A stretch of 64,000 bases of DNA, taken from NCBI GenBank assembly GCA_963805305.1, contig CAWDTM010000008.1:328317-392316 (forward strand), in the 5' to 3' direction. A program made the position numbers and the translations under genes. Positions 17,929 to 30,614 of this stretch are shown in pieces. Position 1 is the stretch's first letter, and each line of letters opens with the position of its first letter. The notes beneath the pieces were generated by a model. That model saw only the letters and a program-made list of their open reading frames with translations, ran no database searches and was not told where the DNA came from. The DNA comes from an uncultured Chloroflexia bacterium. GTDB taxonomy: Bacteria; Chloroflexota; Limnocylindria; QHBO01.

Positions 17929-19167
17929 TTGGACAGGGAAACGGTCCTGGTCGGAATCGACGCCGGCACGACCAAGGTGACGACCCTCATCGGCGAGGTC
18001 GGTCGGACGGGCGACGTCAACATCATCGGCTACGGCATCGGCCCGTCGGTCGGGATGAAGAAGGGGATGGTCGCCAACATCGACCAGACGGTGAACTCGG
18101 TTGCGCAGAGCATCGAGAAGGCGGAGCGCCTCTCCGGCTACAAGATCAGCTCGGCGTTCGTCGCGGTCGGCGGCAGCCACATCACCAGCCAGAACAGCCG
18201 TGGCGTGGTCGCGGTCTCCGGTCACAAGCGCGAGGTCAGCCGCGAGGACGTCGCCCGGGCGACCGACGCCGCCAAGGCGATCCAGGTCCCCTCCAACCGC
18301 GAGCTCCTCCACGTCATTCCACGCGGCTTCATCGTGGACGGCCAGGACGGGATCAAGGATCCGCTGGGAATGAGCGCCGTGCGCCTCGAGGTCGAGACCC
18401 ATATCGTCGCCGGGGCGGCGACCTCCGTCCAGAACCTGTCCAAGTGCATCACCCAGGCGAGTATCCAGATCGACGAGCTCGTGATCAGCTCCCTCGCCGC
18501 GGCCGAGGCGGTGCTCACCGACACGGAGAAGGACCTGGGGGTCCTCGTCGCGGACATCGGTGGCGGCACCACGGACATCGCGATCTTCGTGGACGGCGCG
18601 GTGTACCACTCCGCGGTCCTGCCGGTGGGCGGCATCAACGTCACCAACGACGTGGCCATTGGCCTGCGCACCAGCCTGAACCTCGCGGAGGAGATCAAGA
18701 TCAAGCACGGGACGGCCAACCTCGCCGAGGTCCAGCCCGAGGAGCTGCTCAACGTCGCGGTCCTCGGCGAGGATGGCGGCCAGACCATTCAGCGCCGCCG
18801 TCTCTCCGAGATCATCGAGGCCCGGATGGGCGAGATCTTCTCGCTGATCGCCGAGGAGGTGAAGCGCTCGGGCCACGCCGGGATGCTGCCCGCGGGCGCG
18901 GTGCTGACCGGTGGCGGGGCGCGGCTGGGGGGTGCGGCAGAGCTGGCGCGCGAGGTGCTGAACATGCCGGTCCGCATCGGTGCCCCCCAGGGCGTGGGCG
19001 GCCTCATGGACCAGCTCTCCAACCCCGCCTTCTCGACCCCCATCGGCCTGCTCCTGTGGGGCGCCGATCACCTGGGCGAGGAGCCCATCGGCTATGCCAC
19101 CAACTCGTCGTTCTCCGGTGGCATGGGCCGGGTCGTCGACTGGCTGCGAGGACTCTTCCCGGGCTGA
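17929..19167 (+). CDS. ftsA: Cell division protein FtsA (actin-like ATPase)
   Basis: [10 protein letters not shown]...[14 protein letters not shown]... matches FtsA phosphate-binding motifs. TTG start with an AGGAGG RBS. Confidence 0.9.
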   Translation: MDRETVLVGIDAGTTKVTTLIGEVGRTGDVNIIGYGIGPSVGMKKGMVANIDQTVNSVAQSIEKAERLSGYKISSAFVAVGGSHITSQNSRGVVAVSGHKREVSREDVARATDAAKAIQVPSNRELLHVIPRGFIVDGQDGIKDPLGMSAVRLEVETHIVAGAATSVQNLSKCITQASIQIDELVISSLAAAEAVLTDTEKDLGVLVADIGGGTTDIAIFVDGAVYHSAVLPVGGINVTNDVAIGLRTSLNLAEEIKIKHGTANLAEVQPEELLNVAVLGEDGGQTIQRRRLSEIIEARMGEIFSLIAEEVKRSGHAGMLPAGAVLTGGGARLGGAAELAREVLNMPVRIGAPQGVGGLMDQLSNPAFSTPIGLLLWGADHLGEEPIGYATNSSFSGGMGRVVDWLRGLFPG

Positions 19168-19342
19168 TCCACGCCCATCCGGTGTACAGACCGGCGACCC
19201 GTCCACCGCGCGTTGGCGGAGTGTGGATAACTTCCCGCGTGGCTGTGGAAAAATCCCCAGCGAGCATCGCAGCGGCTCGCTATCATCGGACAAACCCGCG
19301 CGAGACGGGTCGATACCACCACACCCGCGCAGGAGATCTCGA

Positions 19343-20593
19343 ATGCCGCTCCGTTCAGACGCAGAACACTTCGCATTGATCAAGGTCATCGGCGTCGGCG
19401 GCGGCGGCTCCAACGCCGTGAACCGGATGATCCGCGCCGAGATGATGGGCGTCGAGTTCATTGCGGTGAACACCGACGCGCAGGCCCTCCTCCAGAGCGA
19501 CGCACCCCACAAGATCCGCATCGGCGACAAGCTGACTCGCGGGCTGGGGGCCGGTGCCGATCCGGGTGTCGGGCAGCGCGCCGCCGAGGAGGATTCCGAG
19601 AAGATCTACGAGGCGCTCAAGGACGCCGACATGATCTTCATCACCGCCGGCATGGGCGGTGGCACCGGATCCGGGGCAGCCCCGGTCATCGCGGAGATCG
19701 CCAAGGACCTCGGAGCGCTCACCGTGGGCGTCATCACCAAGCCGTTCTCCTTCGAGGGGGTCCGCCGCAAGCTCGTCGCCGAGCAGTACTCCGAGGGGCT
19801 CAAGGAGAAGGTCGACACCCTGATCACCATCCCGAACGACCGGCTGCGCGAGGTGGTCGACAAGAAGACGTCGATCCTGGACGCCTTCCGTGTGGTGGAC
19901 GACGTCCTGCGCCAGGGCGTGCAGGGCATCAGCGACCTGATCACCGTGCCGGGCCTCATCAACCTGGACTTCGCCGACGTGAAGACGATCATGCGCGACG
20001 CCGGCAGCTCGATGATGGGGATCGGCACCGCAACCGGCGAAAACCGGGCCGTCGAGGCCGCGCGGGCGGCCGTCATGAGCCCGCTCCTCGAGGTGAACAT
20101 CCAGGGCGCCCGCGGCATCCTCTTCAACGTCACCGGCGGGAGCGATCTCGGCCTCTTCGAGGTGAACGAGGCGGCCGAGGTGATCAAGGAGGCCGCCGAT
20201 CCGGAGGCGAACATCATCTTCGGCACCGTCATCGACGACCGGATGCGCGACGAGGTGAAGGTGACCGTCATCGCCACCGGGTTCGATGCCGCCAAGAAGG
20301 TGCGTCAGCCCGGTCGTGGAGCGGCCGCCGATGCGTCGAGCGGGATGGAGGCATCCCTCGACGAGCGGAGCCGCGAGATCCTCGCCGAGATCGAGCGGGA
20401 ACGGGCGGAGCGCGCCTCGCTTGAGGAGCAGATGGGGCAGGAGTCGCCGTTCGCGCGGACCCCGCAGGCCGAGCCGCGGGAGTCGCACGTGACGGAACGC
20501 CAGCCGCTCCCGGTGCGTCCCGCTGTCGAGCGGCCCTCGTACGGCGAGACCGATCTCGACATCCCGAGCTTCCTGCGCCGCAAGGGGGACTAG
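19343..20593 (+). CDS. ftsZ: Cell division protein FtsZ
   Basis: The tubulin signature [13 protein letters not shown], plus [17 protein letters not shown] and NTDAQAL. AGGAG RBS 7 nt upstream of the ATG. Confidence 0.95.
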   Translation: MPLRSDAEHFALIKVIGVGGGGSNAVNRMIRAEMMGVEFIAVNTDAQALLQSDAPHKIRIGDKLTRGLGAGADPGVGQRAAEEDSEKIYEALKDADMIFITAGMGGGTGSGAAPVIAEIAKDLGALTVGVITKPFSFEGVRRKLVAEQYSEGLKEKVDTLITIPNDRLREVVDKKTSILDAFRVVDDVLRQGVQGISDLITVPGLINLDFADVKTIMRDAGSSMMGIGTATGENRAVEAARAAVMSPLLEVNIQGARGILFNVTGGSDLGLFEVNEAAEVIKEAADPEANIIFGTVIDDRMRDEVKVTVIATGFDAAKKVRQPGRGAAADASSGMEASLDERSREILAEIERERAERASLEEQMGQESPFARTPQAEPRESHVTERQPLPVRPAVERPSYGETDLDIPSFLRRKGD

Positions 20594-20620
20594 GCCGCGG
20601 GTCGGCCCCGCAGACGTCCC

Positions 20621-21355
20621 ATGCTGCCGGTGGATGAGCCGTCCCTTGACGAGGTGCGGCTGCGTGAGCGCATAGCCGCGCTGGAGCGGCGCCTTCGGTC
20701 TCGCGCGGAGGCCGCCGGGCGCGATCCCGGCGCCTTCCGGCTCGTGGCGGTCACGAAGGGTTTCGGGGTCGATGTCGTCCACCTCGCCGTTCGTGCCGGG
20801 CTGACGCGCCTGGGAGAGAACCGGGTGCAGGAGGCCCTGCCCAAGGTCGCGGCCGAGCCGGCGGCCGAATGGCACCTCATCGGCCACCTGCAGTCGAACA
20901 AGGTCCGTCGCGCGGTGGAGGCGTTCGGCTGGATCCACTCCGTCCACGAGCCGTCCCTCCTGGATCGCATCGAGGCCCTGGCGCACGACGCGGACGCGAC
21001 GCCGCGCCTGCTGCTGCAGGTGAACCTCAGTGGCGAGGCCACGAAGTCCGGCTGGGATGCCGAGCGCTTCGCCGATGACCTGCGCCCCGGGAGCGACCTC
21101 GTCGCAGCGCTGGGGCGCCTGCGGCATGCCCGGGTGCAGGGGCTGATGACGATCGCGCCATTCGGCGCCACGGGGGACGAGGCGCGTGCCATCTTCCGCC
21201 GGCTGCGCGAGCTCCGGGATCGGCTCGAACAGCTTGTCGGCACCCGGTTGCCGGAGCTGTCGATGGGCATGTCGGCCGATGCCGAGGCCGGAGTCGCCGA
21301 GGGGGCAACCCTGGTTCGCATCGGCACCGCGCTCTTTGGACCGCGTCCGGCCTGA
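20621..21355 (+). CDS. yggS: YggS-family pyridoxal-phosphate homeostasis protein (YlmE/PLPHP)
   Basis: The LVAVTKGFGVD...HLIGHLQSNKVR...MGMSADAEAGVAEGATLVRIGTALFG pattern typifies YggS. It follows ftsZ as in many division clusters. Confidence 0.85.
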   Translation: MLPVDEPSLDEVRLRERIAALERRLRSRAEAAGRDPGAFRLVAVTKGFGVDVVHLAVRAGLTRLGENRVQEALPKVAAEPAAEWHLIGHLQSNKVRRAVEAFGWIHSVHEPSLLDRIEALAHDADATPRLLLQVNLSGEATKSGWDAERFADDLRPGSDLVAALGRLRHARVQGLMTIAPFGATGDEARAIFRRLRELRDRLEQLVGTRLPELSMGMSADAEAGVAEGATLVRIGTALFGPRPA

Positions 21356-21404
21356 GGTGGCGGGCGGCCGAGCCGCCGATAGGCGCTGGTATCCTTGGCT
21401 CGAG

Positions 21405-21656
21405 ATGAGCCAGGTTGTGGCGTCCTTCGTGACGCTGTTGAGCGCCGTCTACTCGATCCTGATCCTGCTCCGGGTGGTGCTGAGCTGGACGAGCCCGATG
21501 GGCGGGGGCCCGTTCACCGCATTCGTGTACCAGGTCACCGAGCCGGTCCTGGCGCCCATCAGGCGACTGCTGCCGCCCATGGGCGGGCTCGACTGGTCGC
21601 CCTTCGTCGCGCTGCTGCTCCTGAGCGTGGTCGTGCGGCTCTTCGCTCGATTCTGA
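21405..21656 (+). CDS. yggT: YggT-family membrane protein (YlmG)
   Basis: Small two-TM protein (SAVYSILILLRVVLSW...PFVALLLLSVVVRLFARF) following yggS. Confidence 0.75.
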   Translation: MSQVVASFVTLLSAVYSILILLRVVLSWTSPMGGGPFTAFVYQVTEPVLAPIRRLLPPMGGLDWSPFVALLLLSVVVRLFARF

Positions 21657-21943
21657 TGGCCATGGGCGCTCCCGAAGCCATCGTGGGCATTCACGTTGCA
21701 CCACGAGCCGCACGCGATGAGGTCGGTCCCCTCATTGATGGCGTGCTGCAGGTGCGCGTCACGCGGCCGGCCGCGGACGGCGAGGCGAACCGCGCCCTGG
21801 TCCGGGTGCTCGCCGCAGCGCTGGACCTCCCGCCGTCGGACCTGGTGATCGTCGCCGGATCACGGTCCCGCCACAAGCGGGTCCGGGTCGTGGGCCTGGA
21901 CCTCGCCGGGGTGGCGCAGCGGTTGGAGCGGAAGGACCGGTGA
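21656..21943 (+). CDS. yggU: DUF167 (YggU) family protein
   Basis: GEANRALVRVLAAALDLPPSDLVIVAGSRSRHKRVRVVG matches the DUF167 signature. The start overlaps the yggT stop (TGATG). Confidence 0.7.
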   Translation: MAMGAPEAIVGIHVAPRAARDEVGPLIDGVLQVRVTRPAADGEANRALVRVLAAALDLPPSDLVIVAGSRSRHKRVRVVGLDLAGVAQRLERKDR

Positions 21944-21999
21944 TCGGAGCGGCGATTGCCGGTCCGAGCTCGGCACGGCTATACTGCGGCTCCCCTCGT

Positions 22000-22076
<77 letters not shown>

Positions 22077-22105
22077 GCCACACCCTCCCGCGAGCGAGGC
22101 CAGTC

Positions 22106-22840
22106 ATGCCCCCCGCGCTCCCGCGCGGCAACTCGGCGCCCCCGGACGGGATCCGGACCATGTTCGACCGGATCGCGCCGATCTATGACCTCATGAACAC
22201 CGTGATGACCGCCGGCCTCGACGAACGCTGGCGGCACGCCGCGGTGATAGCCGCCGGGGTGCGGCCGGGCGACCGGGCGCTGGACGTGGCGTGCGGGACG
22301 GGGCGCCTCACCGAGGCGCTGGCCGGAGCCGTGCGGCCCCGCGGCGAGGCGGTGGGCGTGGACGTCTCCCGGGGCATGCTCCGGCGCGCGTCGGCCCGGG
22401 CTGCTCGTGCAGACCATAGGGACGGTATCCCCGCCTTTCGGGAGGCCGACGCACTGGCCCTTCCCTTCGATGACGGCAGCTTCGACGCGGCGACGATCGG
22501 TTTCGGCCTGCGGAACCTGCCCGACTACGCCGCCGGCCTGCGCGAGATGGCACGCGTCGTGCGGCCGGGTGGCCGAGTCGTGATCCTGGAGATTGCCATC
22601 CCGGAGCGAGGCATCCCGCGCGTCCTGTTCGAGACCTGGTTCCGCAGGATCGTGCCCGTCCTCGGACGCGTGGCGGGCCGGTCGTCGGCGTACCGCTACC
22701 TGCCCCGGAGCCTCCTCGCCTACCCGCCGCCTGCGGCCGTCGCAGCCCTGATGGAAGGGGTGGGGCTCGAGCGGATCCGATGGCGCCGGCTGCCGTCCCG
22801 GATGGCGACGCTGCACGTCGGAGAGCGGCCCGCCACGTGA
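22106..22840 (+). CDS. ubiE: Demethylmenaquinone/ubiquinone C-methyltransferase (UbiE/MenG family)
   Basis: FDRIAPIYDLMNTVMTAGLDERWR and LDVACGTGRL (SAM motif I) are present. The upstream part of the ORF overlaps the tRNA and is not coding. Confidence 0.8.
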   Translation: MPPALPRGNSAPPDGIRTMFDRIAPIYDLMNTVMTAGLDERWRHAAVIAAGVRPGDRALDVACGTGRLTEALAGAVRPRGEAVGVDVSRGMLRRASARAARADHRDGIPAFREADALALPFDDGSFDAATIGFGLRNLPDYAAGLREMARVVRPGGRVVILEIAIPERGIPRVLFETWFRRIVPVLGRVAGRSSAYRYLPRSLLAYPPPAAVAALMEGVGLERIRWRRLPSRMATLHVGERPAT

Positions 22841-24060
22841 GCGGCGAGCCGTCCCTCACGGTGGCGATCTTCGGCGAGTCCTACCTCCCGTACCTGTCCG
22901 GCGTCACGGTCGCCACCGAGGCACTCGCGCGAGGGCTCGAGGCAGCCGGGCACCGCGTCCTCCTCGCCGTCCCGCGTCCCGCAGGTTCGGCGCAGCCGAC
23001 GGGCGGGGGAGCGACCGGCCCGGACCCCGAGATGGTGTGGCTGCCGTCCTACCAGGGGCCACCCCCCGCGCCTCCCGACTACCGGATGCCGTGGCCCGTT
23101 CCCTCCACGCCCCTCGCGCGCGTGCGCACGGCGCGTCCAGACGTCGTCCACGCACAGTCTCCGTTCGTGTCGGGGCTGATGGCGCGACACGTGGCCCGCA
23201 CGGTGGGGGCGCCGCTCGTCTTCACGCACCACACCCGGTTCGCCGACTACCGGCACTACCTCGGGCCGCTCGCCGGCCCGGGGTGGGCCCTCATGGAGGC
23301 GTACCTGGGCGCCTTCCGGGCCGGCTGCGCCGCCCTCGTGGCGCCGGCTGCCGACCTGGCCGTCGAGCTCGACGCCGCCGTCGCGACGCGGCGCGGGGCG
23401 CGTCGGCCCATCGTCCGCGCGATTCCGACCGGGATCGATCTCGAGACCCTCCGCGATCTCGCGCCGGTCGATCCGCGCCGATTGGCCGGCTGGCCCGCTG
23501 ACACGGTCGTCGCCGTCTCGGTGGGCCGCCTGGCGCGCGAGAAGAGCACCGACCTGCTGCTCGACGCCTTCGCGGACGCGGCCCGGAGCGACTCCCGCCT
23601 GCGCCTTGCGCTCGTCGGGGACGGACCGCTGCGCGACGAGATCGAGCGGCGGGTTGCGGGGCGGGACCTGCGAGACCGTGTGCTGCTCACGGGCCGCCTG
23701 CCACGCCTCGAGGCACTCGCCGTTGCCGCCGGCGCCGACCTCTTCTGCTTCGCCTCGCGCACCGAGACGCAGGGGCTGGTCCTTGCGGAGGCACTGGCGG
23801 TGGGCCTTCCGGTCTGCACCCTCGAGGGCCCTGGCGTGCGCGATTCGATCCGCGACGGCGTGGACGGCGTGGTGGTCGCCAGGAGGCCCGGACGCTCCGC
23901 TGCACTCCTCGCCGCGGCGATGCTCGCCCTTGCCGAGGACCCGGCCCGTAGGGCCGCGATGGCCACCGCCGCGCGGGACGGAGCGGAGCGATTCGCGTCC
24001 GCGTCGCGCATCGCCGAGATGGTCGCGCTGTATCGGACCCTGATCGTCCACCCGCGCTGA
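22837..24060 (+). CDS. Glycosyltransferase family 4 (GT-B fold)
   Basis: Classic GT4 layout with an EX7E-like C-terminal region (FASRTETQGLVLAEALAVGLPV). GTG start overlaps the ubiE stop. Confidence 0.75.
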   Translation: MSGEPSLTVAIFGESYLPYLSGVTVATEALARGLEAAGHRVLLAVPRPAGSAQPTGGGATGPDPEMVWLPSYQGPPPAPPDYRMPWPVPSTPLARVRTARPDVVHAQSPFVSGLMARHVARTVGAPLVFTHHTRFADYRHYLGPLAGPGWALMEAYLGAFRAGCAALVAPAADLAVELDAAVATRRGARRPIVRAIPTGIDLETLRDLAPVDPRRLAGWPADTVVAVSVGRLAREKSTDLLLDAFADAARSDSRLRLALVGDGPLRDEIERRVAGRDLRDRVLLTGRLPRLEALAVAAGADLFCFASRTETQGLVLAEALAVGLPVCTLEGPGVRDSIRDGVDGVVVARRPGRSAALLAAAMLALAEDPARRAAMATAARDGAERFASASRIAEMVALYRTLIVHPR

Positions 24061-24072
24061 CGAAGGATCCGG

Positions 24073-24100
24073 TTGCAGGTGGAATGGCGCCGCGTACAAT
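24073..24100 (+). promoter_or_regulatory. Promoter candidate (-35 TTGCAG, 16-nt spacer, -10 TACAAT) at the head of a ~270-nt leader preceding the NUDIX-gcv operon
   Basis: Hexamers at 24073-24078 and 24095-24100. The same TACAAT -10 is used by rnpB. Confidence 0.35.
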
Positions 24101-24375
24101 GCTCGCCATGCGAGTGAGTCTGACGGCCCGCCTCGTTTCCCACCCGTCCATCGACTTCGGAGCCGGGCGCCGCAGCCCGCGCCGGGCCCGCCTGGGGCTG
24201 CCCATGGGAACCACGATCTATCACCGGCCACGCCGTCAGTTCGCAACGGTGACCGCCCTTCGTTCACAGACCAGCCGCTACAGCTTCCCAGCGGTCGGCC
24301 GGGTCGGTCGCGTCGGGTCGCGCCGGCAGGTCCCGCCCCTCGGGCTTCCGCGCGCGCACCGCGGCTGACGCGGGC

Positions 24376-24824
24376 GTGGCCCCGCTCCGGAACGCGCGCG
24401 CAACATCGGCCGGGGGAGTCGTCCACCGGGCTGTTGACGACCACCGGGAGATCCTCCTCGTCCACCGCCGCGCGCCGCGCCTGTGGGCTCTGCCCAAGGG
24501 CACTCCGGATGCCGGGGAAACCATCACCGAAACGGCGCTCCGCGAGGTCCGCGAAGAGACGGGTATCGAGGTCGAGGCGGAGGAGCCTCTGGGCGCGATC
24601 ACCTATTTCTTCGTGCGCGAGCGGACGCGCTTCCACAAGACGGTGCACTTCTTCCTGATGCGACCGGTCGGTGGGAGCATCGGGCTGCATGATCACGAAT
24701 TCGACGAGGTGCGCTGGTTCCAGCTGGAGGAGGCCCCGCAGATCATGACCCATGCCACCGAACGGGAGGTCGTCGAGCGTGCCGCGCTCCTCCTCGCGGA
24801 GCGCGTGCAGGCGGCGACCAGCGC

Positions 24825-24828
<4 letters not shown>
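24376..24828 (+). CDS. NUDIX hydrolase
   Basis: Nudix box GETITETALREVREETGIEV. Its stop overlaps the gcvT start (ATGA). Confidence 0.75.
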
Positions 24829-25937
<1,109 letters not shown>

Positions 25938-26016
25938 GCGGCGTCCTGCCGGCGGCCGCAAGCCCCCGGCGGCGCCATCGGCCACAGCCGCGCGCAGCAC
26001 ACAAGCAGGAGGTCCG

Positions 26017-26394
26017 GTGAGCTATCCCCCAGGGCTTCGGTACACGAAGGAGCACGAGTGGGTGCGGGTCGATGGGACGAGCGCCACCATCGGCATCACC
26101 AGCTTCGCCGCCGACGAGCTCGGTGACATCGTGTTCGTCGAGCTGCCGGCGGTTGGCACCACGCTGAAGCAGTTTTCGGGCTTTGGCGTCGTGGAGAGCG
26201 TGAAGGCCGTGAGCGACCTGTTCGCGCCGGTCTCCGGCACCGTCATCGCCGTGAACGAGCGGCTCGGCGACGAGCCCGAGCTTCTCAACAGCGACGCGTT
26301 CGGCGACGGCTGGATCGCGACCGTCGAGCTGGCCGACCCGGGCGAGCTCGAGTCGCTGCTCGATGCCGATGCCTACACCGCGCTGACCAGCTGA
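26017..26394 (+). CDS. gcvH: Glycine cleavage system H protein (lipoyl carrier)
   Basis: YTKEHEWVRVDG and the lipoyl-lysine region VESVKAVSDLFAPVSG are present. AGGAGG RBS before GTG. Confidence 0.9.
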   Translation: MSYPPGLRYTKEHEWVRVDGTSATIGITSFAADELGDIVFVELPAVGTTLKQFSGFGVVESVKAVSDLFAPVSGTVIAVNERLGDEPELLNSDAFGDGWIATVELADPGELESLLDADAYTALTS

Positions 26395-26407
26395 CGGTCC
26401 CCTCGTC

Positions 26408-27751
26408 ATGGCCTACAGCCCGCACACCGGCGCCGATCGGGCGACGATGCTGGACGCCATCGGCGTGGCGACCATTGATGCGCTCTTCGCCGACATCCCC
26501 GCCGCGGTCGCCCCGCGCTCCTTCGGGATCCCGGAGCCGCTCACCGAGCAGGCGGTCCGCGCAGAGCTGACGCGCCTCGCCGATCGCAACCGGCTGCCCG
26601 ACGTGAGCTTCCTGGGCGCCGGGGCATACCGACACCTGGTCCCGGCGGTCGTGAACGAGGTGATCGGCCGCAGCGAGTTCGCCACCGCATACACCCCCTA
26701 CCAGCCCGAGGTCAGCCAGGGCACCCTGCAGAGCATCTACGAGTTCCAGTCCCTCGTCTGCGAGCTGACCGGCATGGAGGTCGCCACCGCCAGCCACTAC
26801 GACGGGGCCACGGCCACCGCCGAGGCCGCGCTGATGGCCTGCCGCCTCACCCATCGTGACAGGGTGGCGGTCGCCACGGCCGTGAACCCGCAGGTGCGCC
26901 GGGTCCTCGAGACCTACTGCTCGGGCCCCGGCATCGAGGTCGTCGAGATCCCTGCCGACCTGGGCCCCGACGGCAGCGGGCTGACCCCGATCGACGCGGT
27001 CGAGCGCCTGGTGGGGGACGACGTCGCCTGCCTGGTGGTGCAGCAGCCGAACTTCTTCGGTGGCGTCGAGCCCATGGCGGCGCTGGGCGGCGCGACGCAC
27101 GCAGCCGGCGCCCAGTTCGTGGCGTACGTCGAGCCGACCTCCCTGGCGGTGCTGGCGTCGCCGGGCAGCTACGGCGCGGACATCGTCACCGCCGAGGGCC
27201 AGCCGCTGGGGATCCCGCTCTCGTTCGGCGGTCCGTACGTTGGCCTGATGGCCGCGCCCATGGCCTCCGTGCGTCAGATGCCCGGCCGGCTGGTTGGCGC
27301 GACGCACGACGGATCCGGACGGCTCGGGTACGTCCTCACCCTCCAGGCCCGAGAGCAGCACATCCGCCGCGAGAAGGCGGCAAGCAACATCTGCACCAAC
27401 CAGGCGCTGTGCGCCCTTGCCGCCGCCACGTACCTGTCCGCTGTCGGACCCGACGGGCTCCGCGAGGTCGCGGAGCTGTCGATGGTCCAGGCACGCCACC
27501 TGGCGGCGGCCGTCGAGGCTGCCGGTCTCGGTCAGCGGCGCTTCGGCGCGCCCTATCTCGCGGAGGTCGTGATCCGGATCCCGGACGCCGAACGTCGGCA
27601 TGACGCCCTCCTCGAGCGCGGCATCCTGGCCGGCCTCGTCCTCGAGCCGCACTACCCGCAGCTGAACGACTGCCTGTTGCTGGCCGCAACGGAGCTGACG
27701 ACCGATGACGAGATCGCCCGGCTCCTGCGCGGTCTCGAGGAGGCGGCATGA
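26408..27751 (+). CDS. gcvPA: Glycine dehydrogenase (decarboxylating) subunit 1
   Basis: [28 protein letters not shown] and [16 protein letters not shown] are conserved in the N-terminal subunit of split GcvP. Confidence 0.9.
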   Translation: MAYSPHTGADRATMLDAIGVATIDALFADIPAAVAPRSFGIPEPLTEQAVRAELTRLADRNRLPDVSFLGAGAYRHLVPAVVNEVIGRSEFATAYTPYQPEVSQGTLQSIYEFQSLVCELTGMEVATASHYDGATATAEAALMACRLTHRDRVAVATAVNPQVRRVLETYCSGPGIEVVEIPADLGPDGSGLTPIDAVERLVGDDVACLVVQQPNFFGGVEPMAALGGATHAAGAQFVAYVEPTSLAVLASPGSYGADIVTAEGQPLGIPLSFGGPYVGLMAAPMASVRQMPGRLVGATHDGSGRLGYVLTLQAREQHIRREKAASNICTNQALCALAAATYLSAVGPDGLREVAELSMVQARHLAAAVEAAGLGQRRFGAPYLAEVVIRIPDAERRHDALLERGILAGLVLEPHYPQLNDCLLLAATELTTDDEIARLLRGLEEAA

Positions 27752-29412
27752 GCGTCACGCAGCGTCCGGGGGCGCCGGCGGGTGCCCCGAGGTCGCCGGA
27801 CGGATCCGGCCGCGGCGCGGCGTTCATATCGCCCGATGCCAGTGCCCCGCTCATCGTGGTGGAGCCGCTGCTCTTCGAGCGCTCGAGACCGGGCCGGCGT
27901 GCGGTGCGCTTTCCGGCGCCATCGGCGGAGGCGCTCCGCGCAGCGGCAGGTCAGCCGGCCATTCCGGCGGAGGCACGCTGCGCCGTGGCCCCGCGCCTTC
28001 CCGAGGTGAGCGAGCTGGAGCTGCTGCGTCACTTCAACCGGCTGAGCCACCTGAACCACGCCATTGACCTAGACTTCTATCCGCTCGGGTCGTGCACGAT
28101 GAAGTACAACCCGAAGGTGAACGAGTGGGCGGCCGGCCTTCCGGGCCTCGCCGGCTCGCACCCGCTCGATCCGGCCACCATGAGCCAGGGCAGCCTCGAG
28201 CTGCAGTGGCTGCTCGCCGAGCTTCTGCGCGAGGTGAGCGGCATGGCCGCCATCTCGCTTCAGCCGGCGGCCGGCGCGCACGGCGAGCTGACCGGGATGC
28301 TCATGACCCGCGCGTACCATCGTGCCCGGGGCGAGGGCGAGCAGCGGACGACGGTCCTCGTGCCGGACAGCGCCCATGGCACGAATCCGGCAACCGCCTC
28401 CATGGTTGGCTACACCACGGTCACCATCCCCTCCAACGAGCGGGGCGGCATGGACCTCGGCGCGCTCCGAGCCGCCCTCGGCCCGCAGGTGGCGGCGCTG
28501 ATGATCACCAACCCGTCCACGCTGGGGATCTTCGAGGATCAGATCGACCAGGTGGTCGAGGCCGTCCATGCCGCGGGCGCCATCGCCTACATGGACGGCG
28601 CGAACCTGAACGCCATCCTCGGGCGGTTCCGGCCCGGTGACGCAGGATTCGACGTCATGCACTTCAACCTGCACAAGACCTTCTCGACCCCGCACGGGGG
28701 CGGGGGACCGGGTGCCGGCCCGGTGGGCGTCAGCGAGCGCCTCGCGCCGTTCCTGCCCACGCCCATGCCGCTCCTGGTGGCCGGAGACGCCGACGAGGTG
28801 CTGCGGAATGCATGGGCCGGTCGATCGACACCGGGCGCGCGGTTCGCGCTCGAGGAGCCCGACGCGCGGCCGTCCGCCATCGGCAAGGTACGGGCCTTCA
28901 CCGGGAACTTCGGCATGCACGTCCGCGCGTATACCTACATCCGCTCGAACGGAGCGGCCGGCCTGCGTGAGATCAGCGACGATGCGGTGCTCGCCGCGAA
29001 CTACCTCCGGGTCCGCCTGGCCGATGCGTACGACCTGCCATACGACAGGATCTGCAAGCACGAGGTGGTCTTCTCCGGCCGGCGCCAGAAGCACGAGCAC
29101 GGCGTCTCGACCCTGGACATCGCGAAAGCGATCCTGGACCACGGGATCCATCCGCCCACGATCTACTTCCCGCTCATCGTCGAGGAGGCGCTGATGATCG
29201 AGCCGACCGAGACGGAGAGCCTCGAGACGCTCGACCGGTTCGTGGATGTGATGCACCAGATCGCGGACATGGCAGCCTCCGACCCGGCCGCGCTGAAGGC
29301 CGCTCCCGTCACGACCCCGGTGGGCCGCCTCGACGAGGCGGGCGCTGCTCGCCACCCGAACCTGCGGTACGCGTTCGCGTCAGCCACCGGTGGCCGGGAT
29401 GAACCCGCGTGA
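27748..29412 (+). CDS. gcvPB: Glycine dehydrogenase (decarboxylating) subunit 2
   Basis: [24 protein letters not shown] and [19 protein letters not shown] contain the PLP-lysine region. It overlaps the gcvPA stop. There is a ~35-aa N-terminal extension. Confidence 0.9.
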   Translation: MSVTQRPGAPAGAPRSPDGSGRGAAFISPDASAPLIVVEPLLFERSRPGRRAVRFPAPSAEALRAAAGQPAIPAEARCAVAPRLPEVSELELLRHFNRLSHLNHAIDLDFYPLGSCTMKYNPKVNEWAAGLPGLAGSHPLDPATMSQGSLELQWLLAELLREVSGMAAISLQPAAGAHGELTGMLMTRAYHRARGEGEQRTTVLVPDSAHGTNPATASMVGYTTVTIPSNERGGMDLGALRAALGPQVAALMITNPSTLGIFEDQIDQVVEAVHAAGAIAYMDGANLNAILGRFRPGDAGFDVMHFNLHKTFSTPHGGGGPGAGPVGVSERLAPFLPTPMPLLVAGDADEVLRNAWAGRSTPGARFALEEPDARPSAIGKVRAFTGNFGMHVRAYTYIRSNGAAGLREISDDAVLAANYLRVRLADAYDLPYDRICKHEVVFSGRRQKHEHGVSTLDIAKAILDHGIHPPTIYFPLIVEEALMIEPTETESLETLDRFVDVMHQIADMAASDPAALKAAPVTTPVGRLDEAGAARHPNLRYAFASATGGRDEPA

Positions 29413-30061
29413 AACGCACGGCGTACTATGGGTAGCGATCGGCGCATCTGAACACGGGGTGCCAGTGGGAACGACGCAGCCGGATGGCCTCGTCGAGCGG
29501 ATCCAGTCGGGGGACCTGGAGGCGTTCGAGGAGTTCTTCAACCGATACAAGCGGCCGGTGTACACCACCGCGCTGGCGATCACCCGTGACCCGTTCCTCG
29601 CCGAGGAGATCCTGCAGGATTGCTTCGTCAAGGCCTATCGCGTCCGAGAACGGCTTCGGACCGACGTATCCCCCCTCCCATGGCTGCAGCGCGTGTGCAC
29701 CAACCTGTGCTACTCGCGGGTTACCCGCCGCCGCGCCACCATGGAGCCTCTCACCGCGCTGATCACGAACCTCGTCACCGACCTCACCTCGCGCCCGGAG
29801 CAGGTCGTGGAGTCGCGGGAGATCATCCAGGTCCTGCAGCGCGGAATCGACGCGCTGCCGCCCAAGCAGCAGACCGCCATCATCCTGTACTACCTGCACG
29901 GCTACTCGCTGGCGGAGTCGGCCGAGATCGCCGAGTGCAACGTCGGGACCATGAAGTCCCGCCTGCACTACGCGCTCAAGGCCCTTCGCGCCCAGCTCCC
30001 GATCGAGCGCCGCGCCTCCGCGAATGCGGACTCGAGGCTGGCGTCGCATGAGCTGCCATAG
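29390..30061 (+). CDS. RNA polymerase ECF-type sigma factor (sigma-70 regions 2 and 4); start uncertain (ATG 29390 or GTG ~29459)
   Basis: Region 2 ([28 protein letters not shown]) and region 4 ([45 protein letters not shown]). Confidence 0.8.
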   Translation: MAGMNPRETHGVLWVAIGASEHGVPVGTTQPDGLVERIQSGDLEAFEEFFNRYKRPVYTTALAITRDPFLAEEILQDCFVKAYRVRERLRTDVSPLPWLQRVCTNLCYSRVTRRRATMEPLTALITNLVTDLTSRPEQVVESREIIQVLQRGIDALPPKQQTAIILYYLHGYSLAESAEIAECNVGTMKSRLHYALKALRAQLPIERRASANADSRLASHELP

Positions 30062-30614
30062 GATCAGCCGGGAGCTGATCGAGCGCTTCCGATTCGGCGA
30101 AGAGCTCGACTCCCGGTCCGCGCCCCACCTGGCGCACCTCGTCGAATGCTCGGCCTGCCGGGACGAGGTCGGGCTCGACCGTGCACTGGTCCTCCAGCTG
30201 CAGCGGGCGCTGCGAGCGCGGATCGCCGGCCTGGACCCGTCGCCGCGGGCCTTCAACGCGGTGCGCATTCGCGCCCTCGCCCAGGACGAGCCGGTCGGCT
30301 GGCGCTCACGTCTCTTCCGCCTCGCACGGCTCGTGCCGGCCGGCGCCGCCATGGCGCTCATGCTGACAGCGGTGATCAACGCGGCCGGGGACAACCGGCC
30401 GACCCTGCTCCAGGCCAGGACGGTCGCCTGGCCGGGCGTCATGGAGCGCGCCGACAACGACCCGCTGACCCCCCACGAGGCGGAATGGTGGGTGCTGCAC
30501 CAGCCACCGCCGCCCATCCCGCCCCCCGCCACCGGCGTGATGCCCTCGGTCGATCCAGCGACCCAGAGCTCATCGGCCAACCTGCCGAGGCCCCCGACGG
30601 GCCTGACCGAGTGA
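30048..30614 (+). CDS. Anti-sigma factor, zinc-binding (zf-HC2/ZAS type), single-pass membrane
   Basis: The N-terminus carries C-H-x22-HLVECSAC (an H-x3-C-x2-C motif), then a TM helix (LVPAGAAMALMLTAVINAA) and a Pro-rich C-terminus. It overlaps the sigma gene's 3' end by 14 nt. Confidence 0.65.
   Translation: MSCHRISRELIERFRFGEELDSRSAPHLAHLVECSACRDEVGLDRALVLQLQRALRARIAGLDPSPRAFNAVRIRALAQDEPVGWRSRLFRLARLVPAGAAMALMLTAVINAAGDNRPTLLQARTVAWPGVMERADNDPLTPHEAEWWVLHQPPPPIPPPATGVMPSVDPATQSSSANLPRPPTGLTE

Noticed and set aside
24084-24368. 94-codon Arg-rich ORF in the gcv leader
   Set aside because: Extremely Arg/Pro-rich with no hydrophobic core and only moderate GC3. More likely a non-coding leader; kept as a note under the gcv finding.
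24061-24375. Expected glycine riboswitch upstream of gcvT
   Set aside because: I could not find the conserved GGAGAG / ACCGAAGGGGCAA cores by eye. I cannot exclude a divergent aptamer without a covariance search.
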